DNA of 64,000 nucleotides, from assembly GCA_964016885.1 (NCBI GenBank), contig OZ024744.1, positions 132,866,001-132,930,000 of the forward strand, in the 5' to 3' direction. The translations under genes and the position numbers were made by a program. Source of the stretch: Eledone cirrhosa (Eukaryota). Below, in pieces: positions 26,601 through 42,270 of the stretch (positions within the stretch are counted from its first letter, which is position 1; every line of letters starts with the position of its first letter). Under the pieces are notes generated by a model, which searched no databases, had not been told where the DNA came from, and was given only the letters and a program-made list of their open reading frames with translations.

Positions 26601-29600
26601 CTTAACTTAACCCCAACTTAACTGAACCCTAACTTAACTTAACCCCGACTTAACATAACCCCGACTTAACTTAACCCCAACTTAACTTAACCCCAACTTA
26701 ACTTAACCCCAACTTAACTTAACCCCAACTTAATTTAACCCCATCTTAACCCCAACTTAACTTAACCCCAACTTAACTGAACCCCAACTTAAATTAACCC
26801 CAACTTAAATAAACCCCAACTTAACTTAACCCCAACTTAACTTAACCCCAACTTAACTTAACCCCAACTTAACTCAGCCCCAACTTAACTTAGCCCCAAC
26901 TTAACTTAACCCCAACTTAACTTAACCCCAACTTAACTTAACCCCAACTTAACTTAACCCCAACTTAACTTAACCCCAATTTAACTTAAACCCAACTTAA
27001 CTTAACCCCAACTTAAATTATCCCCAACTTAACTTATCCCCAACTTAACTTAACCCCAACTTAACTTAACCCCAACTTAACTTAACCCCAACTTAATTTA
27101 ACCCCAACTTAACTTAACCTCAACTTAACTTAACCCCAACTTAACTTAACCCCATCTTAACTTAACCCCAACTTAACTTAACCCCAACTTAACTTAACCC
27201 CAACTTAAATTAACCCCAACTTAACTTAACCCCAACTTAACTTAACCCCGACTTAACTTAACCCCAACTTAACTTAACCCCAACTTAACTTAACCCCAAC
27301 TTAACCCCAACTTAACTTGACCCCAACTTAACTTAACCCCAACTTAACTCAACCCCAACTTAACTTAACCCCAACTTAACTCAGCCCCAACTTAACTCAG
27401 CCCCAACTTAACTTAGCCCCAACTTAACTCAACCCCAACTTAACTTAACCCCAACTTAACTTAACCCCAACTTAATTTAACCCCAACTTAACTTAACCTC
27501 AACTTAACTTAACCCCAACTTAACTTAACCCCAACTTAACTTAACCCCAACTTAAATTAGCCCCAACTTAACTTAACCCCAACTTAAATTAACCCCAACT
27601 TAACTTAACCCCAACTTAACTTAACCCCGACTTAAATTAACCCCAACTTAACTTAACCCCAACTTAACTTAACCCCAACTTAACTTAACCACAAATTAAC
27701 TTAACCCCAACTTAACTTAACCCCAACTTAACTTAACCCCAACTTAACTTAACCCCAACTTAACTTAACCCCAACTTAACTTAAACCTAACTTAACTTAA
27801 CCCCAACTTAACCCCAACTTAACTTGACCCCAACTTAACTTAACCCCAACTTAACTCAACCCCAACTTAACTTAACCCCAACTTCACTCAGCCCCAACTT
27901 AACTCAGCCCCAACTTAACTTAGCCCCAACTTAACTTAACACCAACTTAACTTAACCCCAACTTAACCCCAACTTAACTTAACCCCAACTTAACTCAACT
28001 CCGACTTAACTTAACCCCAACTTAACTCAGCCCCAACTTAACTCAGCCCCAACTTAACTTAGCCCCAACTTAACTTAACACCAACTTAACTTAACCCCAA
28101 CTTAACTTAACCCCAACTTAACTTAACCCCAACTTAACTTATCCCCAACTTAACTGAACCCCAACTTAACTTAACCCCAACTTAATATAACCCCAACTTA
28201 ACTTAACCCCAACTTAACTCAACCCCAACTTAAATTAACCCCAACTTAACTTAACCCCAACTTAACTTAACCCCAACTTAATTAACCCCAACTTAAATTA
28301 ACCCCAACTTAACTTAACACCAACTTAACGTAACCCCAACTTAACTTAACCACAACTTAACTTAAACCTAACTTAACTTAACCCCAACTTAACCCCAACT
28401 TAACTTGACCCCAACTTAACTTAACCCCAACTTAACTCAACCCCAACTTAACTTAACCCCAACTTAACTCAGCCCCAACTTAACTCAGCCCCAACTTAAC
28501 TTAGCCCCAACTTAACTTAACACCAACTTAACTTAACCCCAACTTAACTTAACCCCAACTTAACTTAACCCCAACTTAACTTATCCCCAACTTAACTGAA
28601 CCCCAACTTAACTGAACCCCAACTTAAATTAACCCCAACTTAACTTAACCCCAACTTAACTTAACCCCAACTTAACTCAACACCAACTTAACTCAACCCC
28701 AACTTAACTCAACCCCAATTTAACTCAACCCCAACTTAACTCAACCCCAACTTAACTTAACCCCAACTTAACTGAACCCTAACTTAACTTAACCCCGACT
28801 TAACTTAACCCCGACTTAACTTAACCCCAACTTAACTTAACCCCAACTTAACTTAACCCCAACTTAACTTAACCCCAACTTAATTTAACCCCATCTTAAC
28901 CCCAACTTAACTTAACCCCAACTTAACTGAACCCCAACTTAAATTAACCCCAACTTAAATAAACCCCAACTTAACTTAACCCCAACTTAACTTAACCCCA
29001 ACTTAACTTAACCCCAACTTAACTCAGCCCCAACTTAACTTAGCCCCAACTTAACTTAACCCCAACTTAACTTAACCCCAACTTAACTTAACCCCAACTT
29101 AACTTAACCCCAACTTAACCCCAACTTAACTTGACCCAACTTAACTTAACCCCAACTTAACTCAACCCCAACTTAACTTAACCCCAACTTAACTCAGCCC
29201 CAACTTAACTCAGCCCCAACTTAACTTAGCCCCAACTTAACTTAACACCAACTTAACTTAACCCCACCTTAACTTAACCCCAACTTAACTTAACCCCAAC
29301 TTAACTTATCCCCAACTTAACTGAACCCCAACTTAACTTAACCCCAACTTAATATAACCCCAACTTAACTTAACCCCAACTTAACTCAACCCCAACTTAA
29401 ATTAACCCCAACTTAACTTAACCCCAACTTAACTTAACCCCAACTTAATTAACCCCAACTTAAATTAACCCCAACTTAACTTAACACCAACTTAACGTAA
29501 CCCCAACTTAATTTAACCCCAACTTAAATTAACCCCAACTTAACTTGCCCCCAACTTAACTTACCCCCAACGTAACTTAACCCCAACTTAATTTAACCCC

Positions 29601-30105
29601 AACTTAATTTAACCCCAACTTAACTTAACCCCAAATTAACTCAACCCCAACTTAACTCAACCCCAACTTAACTTAACCCCAACTTAGCTTAACCCCAACT
29701 TAACTTAACCACAAATTAACTTAGCCCCAACTTAAATTAACCCCAACTTAACTCAACCACAACTTAACTTAACCCCGACCTAACTTAACCCCAACTTAAC
29801 TTAACCCCAACTTAACTTAACCCCAACTTCACTCAACCTCAACTTAACTCAACCCCAACTTAACCCCAACTTAACTTAACCCCAACTTAAATTAACCACA
29901 AAGTTAACTTAACCCCAATTTAAATTAACCCCAACTTAACTTAACCCCAACTTAACATAACCACCACTTAATTAACCCCAACTTAACTCAACCCCAACTT
30001 AACTTAACCCTAACTTAACTTAACCCCAACTTAACCGCAACTTAACTTAACCCCAACTTAACTTACCCCCAACTTAACTTACCCCCAACTTAACTTAACC
30101 CCGAC

Positions 30106-30281
30106 TTAGGGCTTAAGTTAAGTTAGGGCTAAGTTAAGTTGGGGTTAAGTCAAGTTGGAAGTTGTGGTTGAGTGAAGTTGGGGTTAAGTTAAGTTGGGGT
30201 TGAGTGAAGTTGGGGTTAAGTTAAGTTGGGGTTGAGTTACGTTGGGGTTGAGTGAAGTTGGGGTTAAGTTAAGTTGGGGTT
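30106..30281 (-). repeat. Inverted satellite cassette copy 6 (176 bp)
   Basis: Same junctions. GAGTTACG allele, a private second TTAGGG at about 30123, and three upstream flank monomers missing. Confidence 0.97.
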
Positions 30282-33200
30282 AACCCCAACTTAACTTAAC
30301 CCCAACTTAACTTAACCCCAACTTAACTTAACCCCAACTTAACTTAACCCCAACATAACTTAACCCCAACTTAAATTAACCCCAACTTAACTTAAACTCA
30401 ACTTAACTAACCAACTTAACTTAACCCCAACTTAACTTAACCCCAACTTAACTTAACCCCAACTTAACTTAACCCCAACTTAACTTAACCCCAACTTAAA
30501 TTAACCCCAACTTAACTTAACCCCAACTTAACTTAACCCCGACTTAACTTAACCCCAACTTAACTTAACCCCAACTTAACTTAGCCCCAACTTAACTTAG
30601 CCCCAACTTAACTTAGCCCCAACTTAACTTAACCCCAACTTAACATAACCGCACCTTAACTTAACCTCAACTTAACTTAACTGCAACTCAACTTAACCCC
30701 AACTTAACTTAACCCCAACTTAACTCAACACCAACTTAACTCAACCCCAACTTAACTCAACCCCAATTTAACTCAACCCCAACTTAACTCAACCCGAACT
30801 TAACTTAACCCCAACTTAACTGAACCCTAACTTAACTTAACCCCGACTTAAATTAAGCCCAACTTAACTTAACCCCAACTTAACTCAGCCCCAACTTAAC
30901 TTAGCCCCAACTTAACTTAACCCCAACTTAACTTAACCCCAACTTAATTAACCCCAACTTAAATTAACCCCAACTTAACTTAACACCAACTTAACGTAAC
31001 CCCATCTTAAATAAACCCCAACTTAAATTAACCCCAACTTAACTTAATCCCAACTTAACTTAACCCCAACTTAACTCAGCCCCAACTTAACTTAGCCCCA
31101 ACTTAACTTAACCCCAACTTAACTTAACCCCAACTTAACTTAACCCATAACTTAACTTATCCCAAACTTAACTTAACCCCAACTTAACTTAAACCCAACT
31201 TAACTTAACCCCAACTTAAATTATCCCCAACTTAACTTATCCCCAACTTAACTTAACCCCAACTTAACTTAACCCCAACTTAACTTAACCCCAACTTAAT
31301 TTAACCCCAACTTAACTTAACCTCAACTTAACTTAACCCCAACTTACCTTAACCCCAACTTAACTTAACCCCAACTTAAATTAGCCCCAACTTAACTTAA
31401 CCCCAACTTAAATTAACCCCAACTTAACTTAACCCCAACTTAACTTAACCCCGACTTAACTTAACCCCAACTTAACTTAACCCCAACTTAACTTAACCAC
31501 AAATTAACTTAACCCCAACTTAACTTAACCCCAACTTAACTTAACCCGAACTTAACTTAACCCCAACTTAACTTAACCCCAACTTAACTTAAACCTAACT
31601 TAACTTAACCCCAACTTAACCCCAACTTAACTTGACCCCAACTTAACTTAACCCCAACTTAACTCAACCCCAACTTAACTTAACCCCAACTTCACTCAGC
31701 CCCAACTTAACTCAGCCCCAACTTAACTTAGCCCCAACTTAACTTAACACCAACTTAACTTAACCCCAACTTAACTTAACCCCAACTTAACTTAACCCCA
31801 ACTTAACTTATCCCCAACTTAACTTAACCCCAACTTAACTTAACCCCAACTTAATTTAACCCCATCTTAACCCCAACTTAACTTAACCCCAACTTAACTG
31901 AACACCAACTTAACTTAACCCCAACTTAAATAAACCCCAACTTAACTTAACCCCAACTTAACTTAACCCCAACTTAACTTAACCCCAACTTAACTCAGCC
32001 CCAACTTAACTTAGCCCCAACTTAACTTAACCCCAACTTAACGTAACCCCAACTTAACTTAACCCCAACTTAACTTAACCCCAACTTAACTTAACCCCAA
32101 CTTAACTTAAACCCAACTTAACTTAACCCCAACTTAAATTATCCCCAACTTAACTTATCCCCAACTTAACTTAACCCCAGTTAACTTAACCCCAACTTAA
32201 CTTAACCCCAACTTAATTTAACCCAAACTTAACTTAACCTCAACTTAACTTAACCCCAACTTAACTTAACCCCATCTTAACTTAACCCCAACTTAACTTA
32301 ACCCCAACTTAACTTAACCCCAACTTAAATTAACCCCAACTTAACTTAACCCCAACTTAACTTAACCCCGACTTAACTTAACCCCAACTTAACTTAACCC
32401 CAACTTAACTTAACCCCAACTTAACTTAACCACAAATTAACTTAACCCCAACTTAACTTAACCCCAACTTAACTTAACCCCAACTTAACCCCAACTTAAA
32501 TTAACCCCAACTTAACTTAACCCCAACTTAACTTAACCCCAACTTAATTAACCCCAACTTAAATTAACCCCAACTTAACTTAACACCAACTTAACGTAAC
32601 CCCAACTTAACTTAACCCCAACTTAACTTAAACCTAACTTAACTTAACCCCAACTTAACCCCAACTTAACTTGACCCCAACTTAACTTAACCCCAACTTA
32701 ACTCAACCCCAACTTAACTTAACCCCAACTTAACTCAGCCCCAACTTAACTCAGCCCCAACTTAACTTAGCCCCAACTTAACTTAACACCAACTTAACTT
32801 AACCCCAACTTAACTTAACCCCAACTTAACTTAACCCCAACTTAACTTATCCCCAACTTAACTGAACCCCAACTTAACTGAACCCCAACTTAAATTAACC
32901 CCAACTTAACTTAACCCCAACTTAACTTAACCCCAACTTAACTCAACACCAACTTAACTCAACCCCAACTTAACTCAACCCCAATTTAACTCAACCCCAA
33001 CTTAACTCAACCCCAACTTAACTTAACCCCAACTTAACTGAACCCTAACTTAACTTAACCCCGACTTAACATAACCCCGACTTAACTTAACCCCAACTTA
33101 ACTTAACCCCAACTTAACTTAACCCCAACTTAACTTAACCCCAACTTAATTTAACCCCATCTTAACCCCAACTTAACTTAACCCCAACTTAACTGAACCC

Positions 33201-36200
33201 CAACTTAAATTAACCCCAACTTAAATAAACCCCAACTTAACTTAACCCCAACTTAACTTAACCCCAACTTAACTTAACCCCAACTTAACTCAGCCCCAAC
33301 TTAACTTAGCCCCAACTTAACTTAACCCCAACTTAACTTAACCCCAACTTAACTTAACCCCAACTTAACTTAACCCCAACTTAACTTAACCCCAATTTAA
33401 CTTAAACCCAACTTAACTTAACCCCAACTTAAATTATCCCCAACTTAACTTATCCCCAACTTAACTTAACCCCAACTTAACTTAACCCCAACTTAACTTA
33501 ACCCCAACTTAATTTAACCCCAACTTAACTTAACCTCAACTTAACTTAACCCCAACTTAACTTAACCCCATCTTAACTTAACCCCAACTTAACTTAACCC
33601 CAACTTAACTTAACCCAACTTAAATTAACCCCAACTTAACTTAACCCCAACTTAACTTAACCCGGACTTAACTTAACCCCAACTTAACTTAACCCCAACT
33701 TAACTTAACCCCAACTTAACCCCAACTTAACTTGACCCCAACTTAACTTAACCCCAACTTAACTCAACCCCAACTTAACTTAACCCCAACTTAACTCAGC
33801 CCCAACTTAACTCAGCCCCAACTTAACTTAGCCCCAACTTAACTCAACCCCAACTTAACTTAACCCCAACTTAACTTAACCCCAACTTAATTTAACCCCA
33901 ACTTAACTTAACCTCAACTTAACTTAACCCCAACTTAACTTAACCCCAACTTAACTTAACCCCAACTTAAATTAGCCCCAACTTAACTTAACCCCAACTT
34001 AAATTAACCCCAACTTAACTTAACCCCAACTTAAATTAACCCCGACTTAAATTAACCCCAACTTAACTTAACCCCAACTTAACTTAACCCCAACTTAACT
34101 TAACCACAAATTAACTTAACCCCAACTTAACTTAACCCCAACTTAACTTAACCCCAACTTAACTTAAACCTAACTTAACTTAACCCCAACTTAACCCCAA
34201 CTTAACTTGACCCCAACTTAACTTAACCCCAACTTAACTCAACCCCAACTTAACTTAACCCCAACTTCACTCAGCCCCAACTTAACTCAGCCCCAACTTA
34301 ACTTAGCCCCAACTTAACTTAACACCAACTTAACTTAACCCCAACTTAACCCCAACTTAACTTAACCCCAACTTAACTCAACCCCAACTTAACTTAACCC
34401 CAACTTAACTCAGCCCCAACTTAACTCAGCCCCAACTTAACTTAGCCCCAACTTAACTTAACACCAACTTAACTTAACCCCAACTTAACTTAACCCCAAC
34501 TTAACTTAACCCCAACTTAACTTATCCCCAACTTAACTGAACCCCAACTTAACTTAACCCCAACTTAATATAACCCCAACTTAACTTAACCCCAACTTAA
34601 CTCAACCCCAACTTAAATTAACCCCAACTTAACTTAACCCCAACTTAACTTAACCCCAACTTAATTAACCCCAACTTAAATTAACCCCAACTTAACTTAA
34701 CCCCAACTTAACTTAAACCTAACTTAACTTAACCCCAACTTAACCCCAACTTAACTTGACCCCAACTTAACTTAACCCCAACTTAACTCAACCCCAACTT
34801 AACTTAACCCCAACTTAACTCAGCCCCAACTTAACTCAGCCCCAACTTAACTTAGCCCCAACTTAACTTAACACCAACTTAACTTAACCCCAACTTAACT
34901 TAACCCCAACTTAACTTAACCCCAACTTAACTTATCCCCAACTTAACTGAACCCCAACTTAACTGAACCCCAACTTAAATTAACCCCAACTTAACTTAAG
35001 CCCAACTTAACTTAACCCCAACTTAACTCAACACCAACTTAACTCAACCCCAACTTAACTCAACCCCAATTTAACTCAACCCCAACTTAACTCAACCCCA
35101 ACTTAACTTAACCCCAACTTAACTGAACCCTAACTTAACTTAACCCCGACTTAACTTAACCCCGACTTAACTTAACCCCAACTTAACTTAACCCCAACTT
35201 AACTTAACCCCAACTTAACTTAACCCCAACTTAATTTAACCCCATCTTAACCCCAACTTAACTTAACCCCAACTTAACTGAACCCCAACTTAAATTAACC
35301 CCAACTTAAATAAAGCCCAACTTAACTTAACCCCAACTTAACTTAACCCCAACTTAACTTAACCCCAACTTAACTCAGCCCCAACTTAACTTAGCCCCAA
35401 CTTAACTTAACCCCAACTTAACTTAACCCCAACTTAACTTAACCCCAACTTAACTTAACCCCAATTTAACTTAAACCCAACTTAACTTAACCCCAACTTA
35501 AATTATCCCCAAATTAACTTATCCCCAACTTAACTTAACCCCAACTTAACTTAACCCCAACTTAACTTAACCCCAACTTAATTTAACCCCAACTTAACTT
35601 AACCTCAACTTAACTTAACCCCAACTTAACTTAACCCCATCTTAACTTAACCCCAACTTAACTTAACCCCAACTTAACTTAACCCCAACTTAAATTAACC
35701 CCAACTTAACTTAACCCCAACTTAACTTAACCCCGACTTAACTTAACCCCAACTTAACTTAACCTCAACTTAACTTAACCCCAAATTAACCCCAACTTAA
35801 CTTGACCCCAACTTAACTTAACCCCAACTTAACTCAACCCCAACTTAACTTAACCCCAACTTAACTCAGCCCCAACTTAACTCAGCCCCAACTTAACTTA
35901 GCCCCAACTTAACTCAACCCCAACTTAACTCAACCCCAATTTAACTCAACCCCAAGTTAACTCAACCCCAACTTAACTTAATACCAACTTAACGTAACCC
36001 CATCTTAAATAAACCCCAACTTAAATTAACCCCAACTTAACTTAACCCCAACTTAACTAAACCCCAACTTAACTCAGCCCCAACTTAACTTAGCCCCAAC
36101 TTAACTTAACCCCAACTTAACTTAACCCCAACTTAACTTAACCCCAACTTAACTTATCCCCAACTTAACTTAACCCCAACTTAACTTAAACCCAACTTAA

Positions 36201-39200
36201 CTTAACCCCAACTTAAACTATCCCCAACTTAACTTATCCCCAACTTAACTTAACCCCAACTTAACTTAACCCCAACTTAACTTAACCCCAACTTAATTTA
36301 ACCCCAACTTAACTTAACCTCAACTTAACTTAACCCCAACTTAACTTAACCCCAACTTAACTTAACCCCAACTTAAATTAGCCCCAACTTAACTTAACCC
36401 CAACTTAAATTAACCCCAACTTAACTTAACCCCAACTTAACTTAACCCCGACTTAAATTAACCCCAACTTAACTTAACCCCAACTTAACTTAACCCCAAC
36501 TTAACTTAACCCCAACTTAACTTAACCCCAACTTAACTTAACCCCAACTTAACTTAAACCTAACTTAACTTAACCCCAACTTAACCCCAACTTAACTTGA
36601 CCCCAACTTAACTTAACCCCAACTTAACTCAACCCCAACTTAACTTAACCCCAACTTCACTCAGCCCCAACTTAACTCAGCCCCAACTTAACTTAGCCCC
36701 AACTTAACTTAACACCAACTTAACTTAACCCCAACTTAACCCCAACTTAACTTAACCCCAATTTAACTCAACCCCAACTTAACTTAACCCCAACTTAACT
36801 CAGCCCCAACTTAACTCAGCCCCAACTTAACTTAGCCCCAACTTAACTTAACACCAACTTAACTTAACCCCAACTTAACTTAACCCCAACTTAACTTAAC
36901 CCCAACTTAACTTATCCCCAACTTAACTGAACCCCAACTTAACTTAACCCCAACTTAATATAACCCCAACTTAACTTAACCCCAACTTAACTCAACCCCA
37001 ACTTAACTTAACCCCAACTTAACTTAACCCCAACTTAATTAACCCCAACTTAAATTAACCCCAACTTAACTTAACACCAACTTAACGTAACCCCAACTTA
37101 ACTTAACCCCAACTTAACTTAAACCTAACTTAACTTAACCCCAACTTAACCCCAACTTAACTTGACCCCAACTTAACTTAACCCCAACTTAACTCAACCC
37201 CAACTTAACTTAACCCCAACTTAACTCAGCCCCAACTTAACTCAGCCCCAACTTAACTTAGCCCCAACTTAACTTAACCCCAACTTAACTTAACCCCAAC
37301 TTAACTTAACCCCAACTTAACTTATCCCCAACTTAACTGAACCCCAACTTAACTGAACCCCAACTTAAATTAACCCCAACTTAACTTAACCCCAACTTAA
37401 CTTAACCCCAACTTAACTCAACACCAACTTAACTCAACCCCAACTTAACTCAACCCCAATTTAACTCAACCCCAACTTAACTCAACCCCAACTTAACTTA
37501 ACCCCAACTTAACTGAACCCTAACTTAACTTAACCCCGACTTAACTTAACCCCGACTTAACTTAACCCCAACTTAACTTAACCCCAACTTAACTTAACCC
37601 CATCTTAATTTAACCCCATCTTAACCCCAACTTAACTTAACCCCAACTTAACTGAACCCCAACTTAAATTAACCCCAACTTAAATAAACCCCAACTTAAC
37701 TTAACCCCAACTTAACTTAACCCCAACTTAACTTAACCCCAACTTAACTCAGCCCCAACTTAACTTAGCCCCAACTTAACTTAACCCCAACTTAACTTAA
37801 CCCCAACTTAACTTAACCCCAACTTAACTTAACCCCAACTTAACTTAACCCCAATTTAACTTAAACCCAACTTAACTTAACCCCAACTTAAATTATCCCC
37901 AACTTAACTTATCCCCAACTTAACTTAACCCCAACTTAACTTAACCCCAACTTAACTTAACCCCAACTTAATTTAACCCCAACTTAACTTAACCTCAACT
38001 TAACTTAACCCCAACTTAACTTAACCCCATCTTAACTTAACCCCAACTTAACTTAACCCCAACTTAACTTAACCCCAACTTAAATTAACCCCAACTTAAC
38101 TTAACCCCAACTTAACTTAACCCCGACTTAACTTAACCCCAACTTAACTTAACCCCAACTTAACTTAACCCCAACTTAACCCCAACTTAACTTGACCCCA
38201 ACTTAACTTAACCCCAACTTAACTCAACCCCAACTTAACTTAACCCCAACTTAACTCAGCCCCAACTTAACTCAGCCCCAACTTAACTTAGCCCCAACTT
38301 AACTTAACACCAACTTAACTTAACCCCACCTTAACTTAACCCCAACTTAACTTAACCCCAACTTAACTTATCCCCAACTTAACTGAACCCCAACTTAACT
38401 TAACCCCAACTTAATATAACCCCAACTTAACTTAACCCCAACTTAACTCAACCTCAACTTAAATTAACCCCAACTTAACTTAACCCCAACTTAAGTTAAC
38501 CCCAACTTAATTAACCCCAACTTAAATTAACCCCAACTTAACTTAACACCAACTTAACGTAACCCCAACTTAATTTAACCCCAACTTAAATTAACCCCAA
38601 CTTAACTTGCCCCCAACTTAACTTACCCCCAACGTAACTTAACCCCAACTTAATTTAACCCCAACTTAATTTAACCCCAACTTAACTTAACCCCAAATTA
38701 ACTCAACCCCAACTTAACTCAACCCCAACTTAACTTAACCCCAACTTAACTTAACCCCAACTTAACTTAACCACAAATTAACTTAGCCCCAACTTAAATT
38801 AACCCCAACTTAACTCAACCACAACTTAACTTAACCCCGACCTAACTTAACCCCAACTTAACTTAACCCCAACTTAACTTAACCCCAACTTAAATTAACC
38901 ACAAAGTTAACTTAACCCCAATTTAAATTAACCCCAACTTAACTTAACCCCAACTTAACATAACCACCACTTAATTAACCCCAACTTAACTCAACCACAA
39001 CTTAACTTAACCCCAACTTAACTTAAACCTAACTTAACTTAACCCCAACTTAACCCCAACTTAACTTGACCCCAACTTAACTTAACCTCAACTTAACTTA
39101 ACCCCAACTTAACCTAACCCCATCTTAATTTAACCCCAACTTAACTTAACCCCAACTTAACTTAACCCCAACTTAAATTAACCCCAACTTAACTTAACCC

Positions 39201-39989
39201 CAACTTAACTTAACCCCGACTTAACTTAACCCCAACTTAACTTAACCCCAACTTAACTTAACCCCAACTTAACTTAACCACAAATTAACTTAACCCCAAC
39301 TTAACTTAACCCCAACTTAACTTAACCCCAACTTAACTTAACCCCAACTTAACTTAACCCCAACTTAACTTAACCCCAACTTAACTGAAACCTAACCTAA
39401 CTTAACCCCAACTTAACCCCAATTTAACTTGACCCCAACTTAACTTAACCCCAACTTAACTCAACCCCAACTTAACTTAACCCCAACTTAACTCAGCCCC
39501 AACTTAACTCAGCCCCAACTTAACTCAGCCACAACTTAACTTAACACCAACTTAACTTAACCCCAACTTAACTTAACCCCAACTTAACTTAACCCCAACT
39601 TAACTTATCCCCAACTTAACTGAACCCCAACTTAACTTAACCCCAACTTAATATAACCCCAACTTAACTTAACCCCAACTTAACTCAACCCCAACTTAAA
39701 TTAACCCCAACTTAACTTATCCCCAACTTAACTTAACCCCAACTTAATTAACCCCAACTTAAATTAACCCCAACTTAACTTAACACCAACTTAACGTAAC
39801 CCCAATTTAACTTAACCCCAACTTAACTTAAACCTAACTTAACTTAACCCCAACTTAACCCCAACTTAACTTGACCCCAACTTAACTTAACCCCAACGTA
39901 ACTCAACCCCAACTTAACTTAACCCCAACTTAACTCAGCCCCAACTTAACTCAGCCCCAACTTAACTTAGCCCCAACTTAACTTAACAC

Positions 39990-42270
39990 CAACTTAACTT
40001 AAGCCCAACTTAACTTATCCCCAACTTAACTGAACCCCAACTTAACTGAACCCCAACTTAAATTAACCCCAACTTAACTTAACCCCAACTTAACTTAACC
40101 CCAACTTAACTCAACACCAACTTAACTCAACCCCAACTTAACTCAACCCCAATTTAACTCAACCCCAACTTAACTCAACCCCAACTTAACTTAACCCCAA
40201 CTTAACTGAACCCTAACTTAACTTAACCCCGACTTAACTTAACCCCGACTTAACTTAACCCCAACTTAACTTAACCCCAACTTAACTTAACCCCAACTTA
40301 ACTTAACCCCAACTTAATTTAACCCCATCTTAACCCCAACTTAACTTAACCCCAACTTAACTGAACCCCAACTTAACTTAACCCCAACTTAAATAAACCC
40401 CAACTTAACTTAACCCCAACTTAACTTAACCCCAACTTAACTTAACCCCAACTTAACTCAGCCCCAACTTAACTTAGCCCCAACTTAACTTAACCCCAAC
40501 TTAACTTAACCCCAACTTAACTTAACCCCAACTTAACTTAACCCCAACTTAACTTAACCCCAACTTAACTTAAACCCAACTTAACTTAACCCCAACTTAA
40601 ATTATCCCCAACTTAACTTATCCCCAACTTAACTTAACCCCAACTTAACTTAACCCCAACTTAACTTAACCCCAACTTAATTTAACCCCAACTTAACTTA
40701 ACCTCAACTTAACTTAACCCCAACTTAACTTAACCCCATCTTAACTTAACCCCAACTTAAATTAACCCCAACTTAACTTAACCCCAACTTAAATTAACCC
40801 CAACTTAACTTAACCCCAACTTAACTTAACCCCGACTTAACTTAACCCCAACTTAACTTAACCCCAACTTAACTTAACCCCAACTTAACCCCAACTTAAC
40901 TTGACCCCAACTTAACTTAACCCCAACTTAACTCAACCCCAACTTAACTTAACCCCAACTTAACTCAGCCCCAACTTAACTCAGCCCCAACTTAACTTAG
41001 CCCCAACTTAACTTAACACCAACTTAACTTAACCCCACCTTAACTTAACCCCAACTTAACTTAACCCCAACTTAACTTATCCCCAACTTAACTGAACCCC
41101 AACTTAACTTAACCCCAACTTAACTTAACACCAACTTAACTTAACACCAACTTAACTTAAGCCCAACTTAACTTATCCCCAACTTAACTGAACCCCAACT
41201 TAACTGAACCCCAACTTAAATTAACCCCAACTTAACTTAACCCCAACTTAACTTAACCCCAACTTAACTCAACACCAACTTAACTCAACCCCAACTTAAC
41301 TCAACCCCAATTTAACTCAACCCCAACTTAACTCAACCCCAACTTAACTTAACCCCAACTTAACTGAACCCTAACTTAACTTAACCCCGACTTAACTTAA
41401 CCCCGACTTAACTTAACCCCAACTTAACTTAACCCCAACTTAACTTAACCCCAACTTAACTTAACCCCAACTTAATTTAACCCCATCTTAACCCCAACTT
41501 AACTTAACCCCAACTTAACTGAACCCCAACTTAACTTAACCCCAACTTAAATAAACCCCAACTTAACTTAACCCCAACTTAACTTAACCCCAACTTAACT
41601 TAACCCCAACTTAACTCAGCCCCAACTTAACTTAGCCCCAACTTAACTTAACCCCAACTTAACTTAACCCCAACTTAACTTAACCCCAACTTAACTTAAC
41701 CCCAACTTAACTTAACCCCAACTTAACTTAAACCCAACTTAACTTAACCCCAACTTAAATTATCCCCAACTTAACTTATCCCCAACTTAACTTAACCCCA
41801 ACTTAACTTAACCCCAACTTAACTTAACCCCAACTTAATTTAACCCCAACTTAACTTAACCTCAACTTAACTTAACCCCAACTTAACTTAACCCCATCTT
41901 AACTTAACCCCAACTTAAATTAACCCCAACTTAACTTAACCCCAACTTAAATTAACCCCAACTTAACTTAACCCCAACTTAACTTAACCCCGACTTAACT
42001 TAACCCCAACTTAACTTAACCCCAACTTAACTTAACCCCAACTTAACCCCAACTTAACTTGACCCCAACTTAACTTAACCCCAACTTAACTCAACCCCAA
42101 CTTAACTTAACCCCAACTTAACTCAGCCCCAACTTAACTCAGCCCCAACTTAACTTAGCCCCAACTTAACTTAACACCAACTTAACTTAACCCCACCTTA
42201 ACTTAACCCCAACTTAACTTAACCCCAACTTAACTTATCCCCAACTTAACTGAACCCCAACTTAACTTAA
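39990..42270 (+). repeat. Higher-order tandem duplication, period about 1.16 kb (boundaries approximate)
   Basis: AAGCCCAACTTAACTTATCCCC has its G at 40003 and 41161, each followed by the same variant order. Confidence 0.78.
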
